A stretch of DNA of 64,000 nucleotides from an uncultured Candidatus Saccharibacteria bacterium (GCA_964525455.1 CAZGHP010000002.1:1362-65361); one strand, 5' to 3'; numbered from the stretch's first letter, positions 1 through 9,732 are shown. Program-made: numbers and translations. Notes: generated by a model not told the origin, from the sequence alone.

Positions 1-742
1 CGCGATTTCCGGTGATGGCACCCGGGTCCTCGTCAGTGACCGTACCCGGACGGCGGTCTATGACCAAGACGGCACCCATATCGGCACCCTGGCCGGTACG
101 AGCGGACGGTTCGTCGACGGCCGCGTGCTTACGGTGAGCGACGGCCGGATCCGCCTGCAGGCGCCGGACGGCGACGGGGTGGAAACCGCCGCGACCGCGC
201 CTCGGGCATGGGCAACCACGCCGGATAGCCTCTACGTATTGGGACGCGGCAGTACCGACGTGAAAGTGATCCGGCCCGGCCGCCCGGCCGAACGGATATC
301 CGATACGAAGACACTGGTTTCCCTCACCGCAGCGGACTCCGGAGGCGTATTGGCTACGGGCCGCGACGACACGTTCGGGCTGATCCGGAACGGACGCTAC
401 CAAGAGCTCGGCGGGGGTGCCGTGCAGGCTGCGGTGACCCGGGACGGCCGGTTCGTAGCCTACCGCACCGCGGACGAACTCCGGCTGCTCGAACCGGCCT
501 CGGGCAAGGACCGGTTGGTGACCCGCCTGGCCGATCCGCCGAAGTACATCCAGGCCCTTCCCGGGGGGCGCTACCTGCTCTTCCGACGGGGTGACACCCT
601 CCATGCGATCGCCCGAGACGGCAGTAATGACCGTGCGGTCGCCAAGTACGTCGGACGGGAGCCGGTGATCCTCGGGCTCGACGCGATCATCACCACCGAC
701 CGGCGGACAGGACGGCTGATCCGGCTTGACCTGGAATCCTAA
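1..742 (+). CDS. Beta-propeller/TolB-like protein, probably 5'-truncated by the window edge
   Basis: Repeated 'xxDGxxVAY'-type blades (TRDGRFVAY, LPGGRYLLF); the upstream sequence reads like coding DNA to the edge. Confidence 0.5.
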   Translation, partial: AISGDGTRVLVSDRTRTAVYDQDGTHIGTLAGTSGRFVDGRVLTVSDGRIRLQAPDGDGVETAATAPRAWATTPDSLYVLGRGSTDVKVIRPGRPAERISDTKTLVSLTAADSGGVLATGRDDTFGLIRNGRYQELGGGAVQAAVTRDGRFVAYRTADELRLLEPASGKDRLVTRLADPPKYIQALPGGRYLLFRRGDTLHAIARDGSNDRAVAKYVGREPVILGLDAIITTDRRTGRLIRLDLES

Positions 743-1545
743 CGCACGCCCGGCAGCCGGGCCGGCGTCGTTGCCCCGCTGCCGGGGCTGCTCGCCGTGT
801 CTGGATCCGGGCTGACTTGCCGGGCCCGGACGATCTTCCGACGATAACTGGTACCGACAGGCACGCAGGTGGACAGCGTCACGATCGGGACCGCGGTCGG
901 CTTGAGTACCTCGGTCTGCGTCGGACTCACCTCGAACACATGATGGACCCGGTAGATGTACCGCGTGCCCTCGTGGTAGATCACGATCTCATCACCGTTG
1001 CGAAGCTCCGGCACCAGCGCGAAGATGTTCCGATAATCCGTATTCACCCACCAATAGTAGGAGCTGTGCCCCGTCAGGAAGACGTTGCCCCGCTGTCCCG
1101 GTTCGGCCGTGCCCGGGTATTTCAGTACGCCCTTCAGCAGCGCGTCATTGATCACGGAGTCGGCCGTCGAGGTGGGCCTGACGATCGGCGCGGCCACGCG
1201 GATGCGTGGGATGTACACATAATTGTCACAGATCGCCCGCGGCCGGCCGGCGCCATCGTACGGGATGTTACCCCGGCACGGCACCGCGTTTGCCGGCCCG
1301 CGGCCGCCGTCATCGGGCAGGCTGCCGGAGCGGACCGCCGACGGTAGCGTAGCCGCCGAAACGGTGTCGGGATTGCTCACCATGAACGTCAGGCGCGTCC
1401 AGAGCGCCGGGAAGTTGAAGACGAGGTAGACCGCTAATGCGATCAGGGCCAACGGGAAGATACCCTTGGCAAACCGCCACAGCAACCCGCCGAACGAACG
1501 GCCGGAGGGTGGCGGAGCGGTGACGGTGGTTACGGGCGAATCCAT
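739..1545 (-). CDS. Sortase
   Basis: N-terminal TM; PGQRGNVFLTGHS (His), TLSTC (Cys) and downstream Arg. Confidence 0.9.
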   Translation of the reverse strand: MDSPVTTVTAPPPSGRSFGGLLWRFAKGIFPLALIALAVYLVFNFPALWTRLTFMVSNPDTVSAATLPSAVRSGSLPDDGGRGPANAVPCRGNIPYDGAGRPRAICDNYVYIPRIRVAAPIVRPTSTADSVINDALLKGVLKYPGTAEPGQRGNVFLTGHSSYYWWVNTDYRNIFALVPELRNGDEIVIYHEGTRYIYRVHHVFEVSPTQTEVLKPTAVPIVTLSTCVPVGTSYRRKIVRARQVSPDPDTASSPGSGATTPARLPGVR

Positions 1546-1621
1546 TTATGCCGTAGTGACGCGGCTATGTTAGTTTCGTGCGTCTAACTGTACGCCGCCT
1601 TCCGGTCAGCGGCAAACCAGG

Positions 1622-1705
1622 TGCCGGGGGTGGGATTCGAACCCACAAGCCCTTGCGGGCAACGGATTTTGAGTCCGTCGCGTATGCCAGTTCCGCCACC
1701 CCGGC
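1622..1705 (-). tRNA. tRNA-Leu(CAA)
   Basis: GCCGGGG acceptor stem, ACGGA-CTCAAAA-TCCGT anticodon arm, long variable arm, GGTTCGAATCC T-loop. Confidence 0.95.
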
Positions 1706-1797
1706 GCAGCCCCATTGTGCCGGACGGACGGCAGTTACCGCAAAGCGCCGGCGTCCGCAGGCTAGTGGCGCGCGGCTAAGGCCTGTAGACTAGCGGC

Positions 1798-2994
1798 GTG
1801 GATCTCCTCACGATTACGTTCGCCGGCGCATTCCTGGTCACGTTGCTGCTGTTGATCCGATCCCTCCTTCGACAGGCCGGCGCGCAGGACGCCGTCAGGC
1901 AGACGACGGAAGAATCGGCTGACCGGCTCAAGCTATGGGAAGAGTTCGGCCAGCACCTCGACGAAGGGGTCGCGCTGGTCGACCCCGATGAGAACGTCGA
2001 GTACGCCAACCAGGCGTTCGCGGAGATGACAGGGTGGCAGGGACGTTCGTCGTTCCACCAGCCGTTACAGACCGTGCTATCGTTGGACGCCTCCGGCAAG
2101 GCCGTCACGCTGGACGAACGGAAACGCCGGTACGCCGTCGTCTCCCGGGAAGGCGGGGCGACCCCCGTTTACGCCGCGGAGCGCACCCTCACCCGGCCGC
2201 AGGGATACCGGGTCATCGTGCTGGTCGACGCCACCACGGAACAAGCGGAAAAGGAACTGCGGAAACGCCTGGTCAACCTGTCTTCGTTCGAACTGCGGGC
2301 GCCGATCACCGCGATGAAAGGATACGCCGACCTGTTGCTTTCCGGCGACGGTGGGACGCTGCCGAAGGATGCCCAGGGGAAAGTGCAGACGATCCTCGAC
2401 AGCGCCAACAAGCTGCTCCGGATCATCGAGGACATGGCACGGATCGAGACGTTATCCGAGGAGAAGATCGCCGTACGTAAACGGCACGTCAGGGCCGCCG
2501 ACCTGCTCGTGCAGGCGACGGACGCCCTGAGGAACGCGGCCACCGAATCGGGCCGGTCCCTGGCGGTCATCAAACCGGACACGAAGGCCGGGATCGACGC
2601 GGATCCGGAAGAAATCCAGCGGCTCTTGGCGATGATCACCAACACCGCCGCACGGACTGCCAAACCGAAAAGCACGGTCACGGTGCGCATCCGGGAGTCC
2701 GCTCCCGAGGTGGATTTCCGAATCGAGAATGAGGGCACCGCCCTTTCTCCGGAACAGCAACAGAACGTCTTCGATTACGTGGGCGCGCAAGGATTCGAGG
2801 AAGGAATCGGTTATTATATCGCGCAGCAGATCATCGAAGCGCACCACGCCCGTTTCTCGACGACCGGCTCCAAGACCGGTAACGTGTTCACCTTGAGCCT
2901 TCCGAAAGCCGCGCCGGCCAAGGACGGAGCGCCGATGACGGCCGGCGGTAAGGCCGCCGCGCGCGGCGGCAAGAAGATCGACATCTCCAAGTAG
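1798..2994 (+). CDS. Membrane PAS histidine-kinase-like protein lacking the phosphoacceptor His (pseudokinase)
   Basis: TM, PAS (YANQAFAEMTGW), H-box reads SFELRAPIT, degenerate N/G1/G2 boxes. Confidence 0.8.
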   Translation: MDLLTITFAGAFLVTLLLLIRSLLRQAGAQDAVRQTTEESADRLKLWEEFGQHLDEGVALVDPDENVEYANQAFAEMTGWQGRSSFHQPLQTVLSLDASGKAVTLDERKRRYAVVSREGGATPVYAAERTLTRPQGYRVIVLVDATTEQAEKELRKRLVNLSSFELRAPITAMKGYADLLLSGDGGTLPKDAQGKVQTILDSANKLLRIIEDMARIETLSEEKIAVRKRHVRAADLLVQATDALRNAATESGRSLAVIKPDTKAGIDADPEEIQRLLAMITNTAARTAKPKSTVTVRIRESAPEVDFRIENEGTALSPEQQQNVFDYVGAQGFEEGIGYYIAQQIIEAHHARFSTTGSKTGNVFTLSLPKAAPAKDGAPMTAGGKAAARGGKKIDISK

Positions 2995-3011
2995 GCCGGA
3001 GAGCCGGACGG

Positions 3012-4472
3012 TTACGTCCGGCGGGTGGCAATCGGCGGCAGTGGCGCCTCCGCCGCCGGGTCGGCGGCATGACCGAGCGAACACGGCAAGCGGAACCCGA
3101 AGACACTCCCCTTGCCCAGCTTGCTCTCCAGGATGACGTGACCGCGGTGCGCCTCCACGATGCGCTTAGCGACGAACAACCCGAGCCCGGTTCCGGATGC
3201 CAGGACGCTGCGGGCGTTGTCGGCCCGGAAGAACTTGGTGAACATCTTATGTTGATCCTCGGTGGAAATGCCGATGCCGCTGTCGCGGACCTTCAGGACC
3301 ACCTCGTCACCTTCCCTCGCCACCGATACGACCACCTTTCCCTGTTCGGTATATTTGATCGCATTATCCACGAAGTTCACGATGATCTGGCGGATACGCA
3401 GTGCGTCGAGACCGAGCAATCCGATCGGCTGGTCCGGCAATTCCAGCGAAAGGGTCAGTCCTTTCTTCTTGGCCAACGATTCGAATTCACGGGTCACGTC
3501 CCGGGCGACGTCCTCAAGCCGGGCCGGACTCGGGTTCAGCTCCAGGCGCTTGGCATTGATCCGGGAGACCGACAACATGTCGTTCAGGATATTGATGACC
3601 TCGTTGGTGCTTTCCGCGATCTGCTCCACGATCGGCAACTGCCGCGCCGGCAACGTGCCGAAGTCCTTTTCGAGCAGCATCGCAAGGTAGCCGCGGACCG
3701 CGGTGAGCGGGCCACGCAGTTGGTGTGAGGCGATCGAGACGAATTCGTCCTTGGTCTCGTCGGCACGCTTGAGTCCGGCGTTCGCCTGCGTGAGCCGCTG
3801 GTTCATCGCATCGATCTCGGAAAGCAGGTCGGCATTGACCATCGCCACGGCCACGCCATCGGTCATCGCTTGCAGGGTCTGCCGGGCCCGCTCACCGAGC
3901 CGCTCATGCGGCGTGTTCAGGTAGTACGTGACCGCGCCGTAGACGCGGTCGTTGGCCACGACCGGATACACCGCCACGCCATTGATACCCAGCCGTTCCT
4001 GAAGTTTCCCGGCTTGGCGAGGCGAAAGCATCGGCGCCTCGACGTCGTGCAGCTGGTCACTCGTCATCATCTGCCGCTGGTTGATCGCCCTCACCACCAA
4101 TGAGCCACTGCGTTCGAGCTCGATTCCGCTTTGCGTACGATGGGCCAGGAGACTCAGGCCCCGCTTGCCGGGCCGTTTGAGGTCGTCGGATATCGCCAAG
4201 ACCTCCAGCGTGCCGTCGTGCCGGGCCCGTTGGATCGTACCGCCGAGCACGGCGCGGTGGTCGGAGAGGACGTTCGCGATCTCTTGCGCGATGTAGCCGA
4301 TCGAAAGGTTCGCCAGGAGCATCCGGTCGATCTGGCGGATCCGGCCGAGATCACGCCGGACGGATACCTGGCGTTCACGAAGCCGCTGCCCGAGCGAACG
4401 GATGCGCATCACGAGCCCTCCCATGGAGAGGGCGAGGAGCAGCGTGACGAGACTCAGGAGTTGGATAGTCAT
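3012..4472 (-). CDS. GAF-domain sensor histidine kinase
   Basis: SHQLRGPLT H-box, NFVDNAIKYT, DSGIGI, GTGLGL. Confidence 0.92.
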   Translation of the reverse strand: MTIQLLSLVTLLLALSMGGLVMRIRSLGQRLRERQVSVRRDLGRIRQIDRMLLANLSIGYIAQEIANVLSDHRAVLGGTIQRARHDGTLEVLAISDDLKRPGKRGLSLLAHRTQSGIELERSGSLVVRAINQRQMMTSDQLHDVEAPMLSPRQAGKLQERLGINGVAVYPVVANDRVYGAVTYYLNTPHERLGERARQTLQAMTDGVAVAMVNADLLSEIDAMNQRLTQANAGLKRADETKDEFVSIASHQLRGPLTAVRGYLAMLLEKDFGTLPARQLPIVEQIAESTNEVINILNDMLSVSRINAKRLELNPSPARLEDVARDVTREFESLAKKKGLTLSLELPDQPIGLLGLDALRIRQIIVNFVDNAIKYTEQGKVVVSVAREGDEVVLKVRDSGIGISTEDQHKMFTKFFRADNARSVLASGTGLGLFVAKRIVEAHRGHVILESKLGKGSVFGFRLPCSLGHAADPAAEAPLPPIATRRT

Positions 4473-4539
4473 AATTCAAAAATTGCTTAACCATAACATC
4501 TTTACGTTCGTTTGTCAATACGCGTACCCGCATGGGAGA

Positions 4540-4926
4540 ATGAACCCGATGACACCGAAACAAACGATAGTCCTGATCGAAGACGACTCCGTCCTGGCGG
4601 AGATGTATCTGCAGAAATTCACGCACGAGGGCTACGTGATCAAACACGCGCTCGACGGCGACGAAGGCATCGCCCTGGTGCGGGCGGCCAAGCCCGACCT
4701 GATCCTGCTCGATATCATGATGCCGAAGAAAAGCGGCATTGAGGTACTGGAGGAACTGAAGCAGGATCCCCAGACCAAGGATGTGAAGGTCGTCCTGCTT
4801 TCGAACGTCGGGGACCAGGATTACATCGATCGCGGGTTGGCGCTCGGTGCGGCAGACTACCTGCTCAAATCGAACTTCACCCCCAGCGAGGTGGTCGCCA
4901 AGACCGCATCGCTCCTAGCGGGGTAG
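4540..4926 (+). CDS. Single-domain response regulator (receiver only)
   Basis: LIEDD, ILLDIMMP, LLSN, YLLK; start refined to ATG 4540 or 4549. Confidence 0.9.
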   Translation: MNPMTPKQTIVLIEDDSVLAEMYLQKFTHEGYVIKHALDGDEGIALVRAAKPDLILLDIMMPKKSGIEVLEELKQDPQTKDVKVVLLSNVGDQDYIDRGLALGAADYLLKSNFTPSEVVAKTASLLAG

Positions 4927-5998
4927 CCGGAGCTCCGCTTCCACGAACTGGTCGAGGTCGCCGTCGAGGACGGCGTCCGGATCGGAACGTTCGACTTTCG
5001 TGCGTACGTCCTTCACTTGCTTATACGGGTGCAGTACGTACGAACGGATCTGGTTTCCCCATGCCGCCGCATCCCCGCTCTCCAGTTTCCTGAGGTCGGC
5101 TTTCTGCTGCGTCTCCGCCAACGCCAGAAGCTTGCCGTACAGGATCTTCATCGCCGCGGCCTTGTTCTGCGCTTGCGAGCGTTCGTTCTGGCATTGGGCG
5201 GTGAGGCCGGTGGGTACGTGGGTGACCCGTACCGCGGAGTCGGTCACGTTGACGTGCTGGCCGCCCGCACCCGAGGCCCGGTAAGTATCCACGCGAAGCT
5301 CTTTCTCGTCGAGCTCGACGGCGCTTTCGGGCAGGTCCGGCAGCGCCTCGACCCGCGCGAACGAAGTCTGCCGGAGACTCTTGGCATTGAACGGCGATTG
5401 CCGCACTAGCCGGTGGACGCCGGATTCGCCACGCAGGTACCCGTACGCCGACGGCCCGTCCACCCGGAACGTCACGCTCTTGATGCCGGCCTCCTCCCCC
5501 GCCGAGCGTTCCTCGATCTCCGTCTTCCAGCCACGCCGTTCCGCGAACCGCAGGTACATCCGTTCCAGCATTTGCGCCCAATCCTGGGCATCGGTCCCCC
5601 CGGCCCCGGCCTGGATCGTCAGGTGGGCCGGCCGGGCATCGTGCTCGCCCGAGAGCAACGCCGCCGATTCGTGTTGCGTGAACGTCCGCTCCAGCTCATC
5701 CAGGTCCGCGGCGATTTCCCGGGTCGTCTTGTCGTCCTGCTTGGAGAGTTCCAACAATTCCCGCAAGTCGCCCAGGTCGTGCTCGAACCGTTGCCAGAAC
5801 CCGACGTGCTCCCCGAGCCGGTTCAGTCGCTGCATCACCGCCCGTGCTTCCTCCTGGTCGTGCCAGATGTCTTCGCGTTCGGATTGCCGTTTGAGATCGG
5901 CTAATTCGGTCTCTTTGCCGGCGAGGTCAAAGAAACTCCTTCACCTGCGCGAAGCGTTCCGCCAGGCTATCGATTCGTTCGTGGAGCTCGTGCTGCAT
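4915..5998 (-). CDS. prfB: Peptide chain release factor 2, with programmed +1 frameshift
   Basis: SPF and GGQ motifs; short upstream frame from ATG 5998 ends AGGAG-TTT-CTT-TGA-C. Confidence 0.97.
5926..5940 (-). promoter_or_regulatory. RF2 autoregulatory frameshift site (internal SD + CTT TGA C)
   Basis: Minus strand AGGAGTTTCTTTGAC. Confidence 0.95.
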
Positions 5999-6032
5999 GC
6001 GTCCAGTATAGCGCCGCTTTCCGTCCCATTTG

Positions 6033-6062
6033 AAAAAGGCTCCCGAGAGGGGAGCCTTTTTC
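6033..6062. terminator. Bidirectional intrinsic terminator
   Basis: AAAAAGGCTCCC...GGGAGCCTTTTTT. Confidence 0.85.
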
Positions 6063-6085
6063 GTTCGCCGGCGGGCAGGGTGGCC

Positions 6086-7792
6086 TTAGCCGTCTACTGA
6101 GTGGGCACGGACCGCTTCCGTAAGCGCGTTCCGTTCCCGTCGATACAGGTAGGCACTGGTCGCCACGGCCATCGTGGCCAGGCCGGCCGCGCCCGAGGCG
6201 CCGGTTACCGGCAGGCTGCCCTTCGGGCCGCCCGGAGGCGTCACCGGAGGGGTCGCTTCCGGAGTCGGCGTCTGGACCGTCGGCGGAGTCGGCGTCGGGG
6301 TCGGCGTCGTGATGCGCCGGTTACCGAAGGAGAATTCCGCGGTCTCACCGGTGGTGATCGTCTTGGTCTGCGGGTTCTGGGTCGTTACCTCGTAACCCTG
6401 CGGGACCGATTCGGTCACGGTGTAGCTACCCTCCTCCAGTTCCGTGAGGACGATCTCGCCGCTCTCGTCGGTCTGGGAGGTGTTGGAGTAGTCGCTCGGA
6501 CCGGTGGTCGTGAAGCTCACGCCCGCCATCCGCGGCTCGCCCTCGTCCTCTTGGCCGTTGCCGTTGAGGTCTTCGAACTTGATGATCCGGAGATCACCGA
6601 TCTGAACCTCGGGGGTCGGCGTCGGGGTCGGAGTAGGCGTCAGCGTGGGAGTCGGGGTGGGCGTCGGAGTCGGAGTAGGCGTCGGGGTCGGGGTCGGAGT
6701 AGGCGTCGGCGTGACGCACTCCAGGTCCGTCTTCACCGAATCGTAGAACTCGGAACCCTTGGTTTGGTCTGACTTCACGAGGGCGAAGTTCTTGAACCAC
6801 CAAGGGCAGTCCGTGATATCTCCGACCGAGACGTTGAAGTAGACCTGGACCCAGGCACCTTGCCCGAAGCTCGTGTAGGAAATTCCTCCGTTCACGAAGT
6901 TATCGGGGCCGGCGCGCAGGTTGGGATCGCTTGAGCTCCGGAGCTGGACGCTCCCGGGCATCAGGCGGACGTTCCGCGGCAGCGCATCGCGGAGGACGAC
7001 GTTGGTCGCAGGAGCGCCACCGACGTTCTTCAGTTCTACGAAGTACTGCATGTTCTGGTTCGGCTTGATCGTGTTGGCCTCGGAGAAGTTGGTCTCTCCA
7101 GCTTTCCGGACCTTCTTGTCGATCGCCAGTTGCGGTCCGGGCTGTCCCTGGGTGATGTCCGCCAGGAAGATGATCCGGAGCGCGTTCTGGAAACACGGTC
7201 CCAGGTTGCCGTTGGCATTCGGCGTGATCGTCAGGACGGAAGCGTTATTCTTCCGTTCGACGTCTACCCGTTCATACGGGATGTTCTCCGGAGCGCTCCA
7301 GTTGAAGGTCGGGTTGTTCGTCTTGGGGACGTTGTTCCGCTGCAACTGGACGTTGCGGAGGCCGGTGATCGTGAACGGCTTGCCGTCCTTCGACTTCAGC
7401 GTCGTGGTGTCGGTAGCCCGGTACGAACCCGGGGAGTGGCCGTTGTCGGCCGAAATGGTCTCAGTGTTGACGGCCTGAGAGCCGTTGGACGCATCCGGAA
7501 TGGTCACCCGGATCTTGAAGTTCTTGGCGGTGTCGCCAGAGTTCGCGTCTTCGGCGTTGTGGACCAGAATTCCGTACTGGACCACGTTGCCGTGTTCGAC
7601 GTTAGTGGTATCGGCGAAGTCCGTCGCGCCGCCGGGACCGCTGATGATCCGGGACGAGAACGTACTGTCGATGATGACGTTACCGGCGGCCTGCGAGGAC
7701 TGGAGCAGCGGAGTGACCGCGAGCGCCAGCAGCATGCCGAAGGCAACGAAGAGCTTTTTGCGCCGGAAGCGCAAGTTGAAGATGTTCTTCAT
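6086..7792 (-). CDS. Sortase-anchored surface protein (signal peptide, DUF11-like and SdrD-B/prealbumin-like domains, PT linkers, LPVTG-TM-basic tail)
   Basis: LAIDKKVR...ATNVVLRDALP; KFEDLNGNGQEDEGEP; (PT)n; LPVTG + hydrophobic stretch + RRER; SD AAGGAG upstream. Confidence 0.85.
   Translation of the reverse strand: MKNIFNLRFRRKKLFVAFGMLLALAVTPLLQSSQAAGNVIIDSTFSSRIISGPGGATDFADTTNVEHGNVVQYGILVHNAEDANSGDTAKNFKIRVTIPDASNGSQAVNTETISADNGHSPGSYRATDTTTLKSKDGKPFTITGLRNVQLQRNNVPKTNNPTFNWSAPENIPYERVDVERKNNASVLTITPNANGNLGPCFQNALRIIFLADITQGQPGPQLAIDKKVRKAGETNFSEANTIKPNQNMQYFVELKNVGGAPATNVVLRDALPRNVRLMPGSVQLRSSSDPNLRAGPDNFVNGGISYTSFGQGAWVQVYFNVSVGDITDCPWWFKNFALVKSDQTKGSEFYDSVKTDLECVTPTPTPTPTPTPTPTPTPTPTPTLTPTPTPTPTPEVQIGDLRIIKFEDLNGNGQEDEGEPRMAGVSFTTTGPSDYSNTSQTDESGEIVLTELEEGSYTVTESVPQGYEVTTQNPQTKTITTGETAEFSFGNRRITTPTPTPTPPTVQTPTPEATPPVTPPGGPKGSLPVTGASGAAGLATMAVATSAYLYRRERNALTEAVRAHSVDG
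6610..6715. repeat. 6-bp-period tandem repeat encoding the (PT)n linker
   Basis: GGAGTC/GGGGTC/GGCGTC array; a shorter copy lies near 6260-6310. Confidence 0.9.
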
Positions 7793-8120
7793 GAGCATTC
7801 TCCTTAAGGTTATTAGTGGATCGAGTGAAACTAAGGCGTGTGAACGTGAGTCGTAACGTGCCGGGTTGTTAAGTTGCAAACCCGGTCAATCAACCAGCAT
7901 CGATGGAATGGGGAGGGAGCAGTAAATCACGATGAGTGTCGTCTGAGACGAGTATCAGGTAATTTACTGCTCCGCCGGTCCATCATTGCTTTCTTTTTTT
8001 TATCCTTTCCTTGCTTGTTGTAACCCCCGACTGACCCCGACCGGCCGAAACACCTGTGTGAGCATGTCGTGGACCGGTCGGGGTGCAATCTAGGCTCCCG
8101 ACCCAGGAGAATGTGAAACG

Positions 8121-9305
8121 TTACTCCGGGGGCGGGGGTGCTCCACTTGCGGCGGGCGGGGGCGGGGGTGGTGCTCCCTGTGCCGGTGGCGGAGCGGGGG
8201 TCGTGCTGGGCGGCTCGACACCAGGCGTAGGCCCTGGTGCGGGAGTCGGTGGAGCCGTCGGCCCCGTTACCGTTCCGCCGCCGCTGTCGTTCTGCGGGGG
8301 CGGATCTCCCTGCCTGATCTCGCCACCCGTACCGGGAGGCGTCCTCACCGGGGTATCGGGGTCGATGATCGGCCGACGCCTCGGCGTTCCGGGCGTACCC
8401 GGGATGCGCCGATGCTCGTCACCGTACTGGTCACCCTCTTGCGGAGGACGACCGCCACCGAGCTCGTCACCGCCTGGCTGTGGCGGATGGCGACCCTCGG
8501 GCTCAGGCCCTGGGCCTGGTCCGGGGCCGGGACCACCCGGGGGCGGACCGCCCTGGGGACTTGGCACCGAATGACCGTTACCGCAGTCGCCGCGAACGCT
8601 TCCGTTGTCGTCGACCTTGGACTCGGTCCTGCCGCCAGACGACTTCTCCTCCGCCACGAAGACGAAGAGGATGTCGCCGGCCTGAACGTCACGCCCGCCG
8701 GTGACCAGACTCATCTGGCCGTCGACGAACTGGGTGGTCTGCGAGTAGCTGATCGGCTTCGTGAACTGCACGCGGACGTGTCCGCGGCCGCTCAGGAACC
8801 GATCGTAGTTCGCCGGTGACAATAGCCGGCGAGCACGCTCCCGCGTCTGCTTGGCCCGCTCCGAGTCGGAGTTGACCCACTGGACCAGATCCTCGTTCGT
8901 CAGCAGGGCTTGCTCCGCTACGGCGGTTGCCCCCCGATCGACCGTGTGCTTGACACAGATGTCGAAGCAGTAGGAATTCGGGCCGAACCCCTTGGCGTCC
9001 AGGTATGTCCTGACAGCCTTGCGGTTCTCGCGGGTGTCCGCCTGCTCGGCCAAGTCGGAGTCGAGCACCGGACTATCGGTATCGAGCTCCTCCTGGTCCT
9101 GGGCCGCAGCCGGCGCGGTGAGGTCGGAACCGTCGCCGCTGAATACGCCGAACGCGAGTGCGAAGACGATTCCAGCGACGGCGAGGATTGTTACCGGGAT
9201 GAATGCCCGGCGTGTCTTCATCCAGGAGAACCGGTGAGGGTTCCCTGGGGTACCTCCGTTACCCGTCGACTGACGTCGCGGGGTGCTTCGGCGGGGATCC
9301 GCCAT
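8121..9305 (-). CDS. Membrane-anchored exported protein with Pro/Gly-rich C-terminal half
   Basis: SD GGAGG; TM near N-terminus; VRGDCGN motif; low-complexity PG tail. Confidence 0.75.
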   Translation of the reverse strand: MADPRRSTPRRQSTGNGGTPGNPHRFSWMKTRRAFIPVTILAVAGIVFALAFGVFSGDGSDLTAPAAAQDQEELDTDSPVLDSDLAEQADTRENRKAVRTYLDAKGFGPNSYCFDICVKHTVDRGATAVAEQALLTNEDLVQWVNSDSERAKQTRERARRLLSPANYDRFLSGRGHVRVQFTKPISYSQTTQFVDGQMSLVTGGRDVQAGDILFVFVAEEKSSGGRTESKVDDNGSVRGDCGNGHSVPSPQGGPPPGGPGPGPGPGPEPEGRHPPQPGGDELGGGRPPQEGDQYGDEHRRIPGTPGTPRRRPIIDPDTPVRTPPGTGGEIRQGDPPPQNDSGGGTVTGPTAPPTPAPGPTPGVEPPSTTPAPPPAQGAPPPPPPAASGAPPPPE

Positions 9306-9587
9306 GGTAAACCTCCGGGTCGGGAGATGGACAGTACGTGGAATGGATTGGATTGACTGGGACGATCGTTGAGGGGGTGCCGCAAGGCATCCGTCCGGGT
9401 GCGCTGCGATACCCCCTCAGCGGGTTCCGGCAAATAAAAAACCAACCGCGGAAGCGCTCGAAAGACACTTCGTTTTGGTTGGTTTGTATGCGTGTTGGAA
9501 CCTCGCCCTGTCAAAGGAAAGGCAATGATGGTTGATTGACCGGGTTGTTAATCTGCGGTTCCGACTCACAAAAGTCGAAAGCCGGTC

Positions 9588-9616
9588 AGCATAGCGGATA
9601 TATTCCGCTTTGTCAA
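9588..9616 (-). promoter_or_regulatory. Sigma70-type promoter with palindrome in the spacer
   Basis: TTGACA-17 nt-TATGCT; AGCGGA-N5-TCCGCT at 9593-9609. Confidence 0.75.
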
Positions 9617-9702
9617 GGGGTTTTTCGATAACTTCGTAAAGTCGCCGAACCACCCCTTTGCCGACCGAGAATCCATCATACCAACCTGCCGCCCAGGCAC
9701 AA

Positions 9703-9732
9703 GGACACCCGCCCCAAACGGGGCGGGTGTCC
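9703..9732 (-). terminator. Hairpin after rplL (likely terminator)
   Basis: GGACACCCGCCCC-AAAC-GGGGCGGGTGTCC, 13-bp stem; U-tract weak. Confidence 0.6.

Noticed and set aside
5926-5998. Interrupted prfB reading frame
   Set aside because: Canonical RF2 +1 autoregulatory frameshift; neither a pseudogene nor novel
6610-6715. Regular short repeats as a possible CRISPR array
   Set aside because: 6-bp-period coding repeat for a PT linker; no spacers and no cas genes in the window
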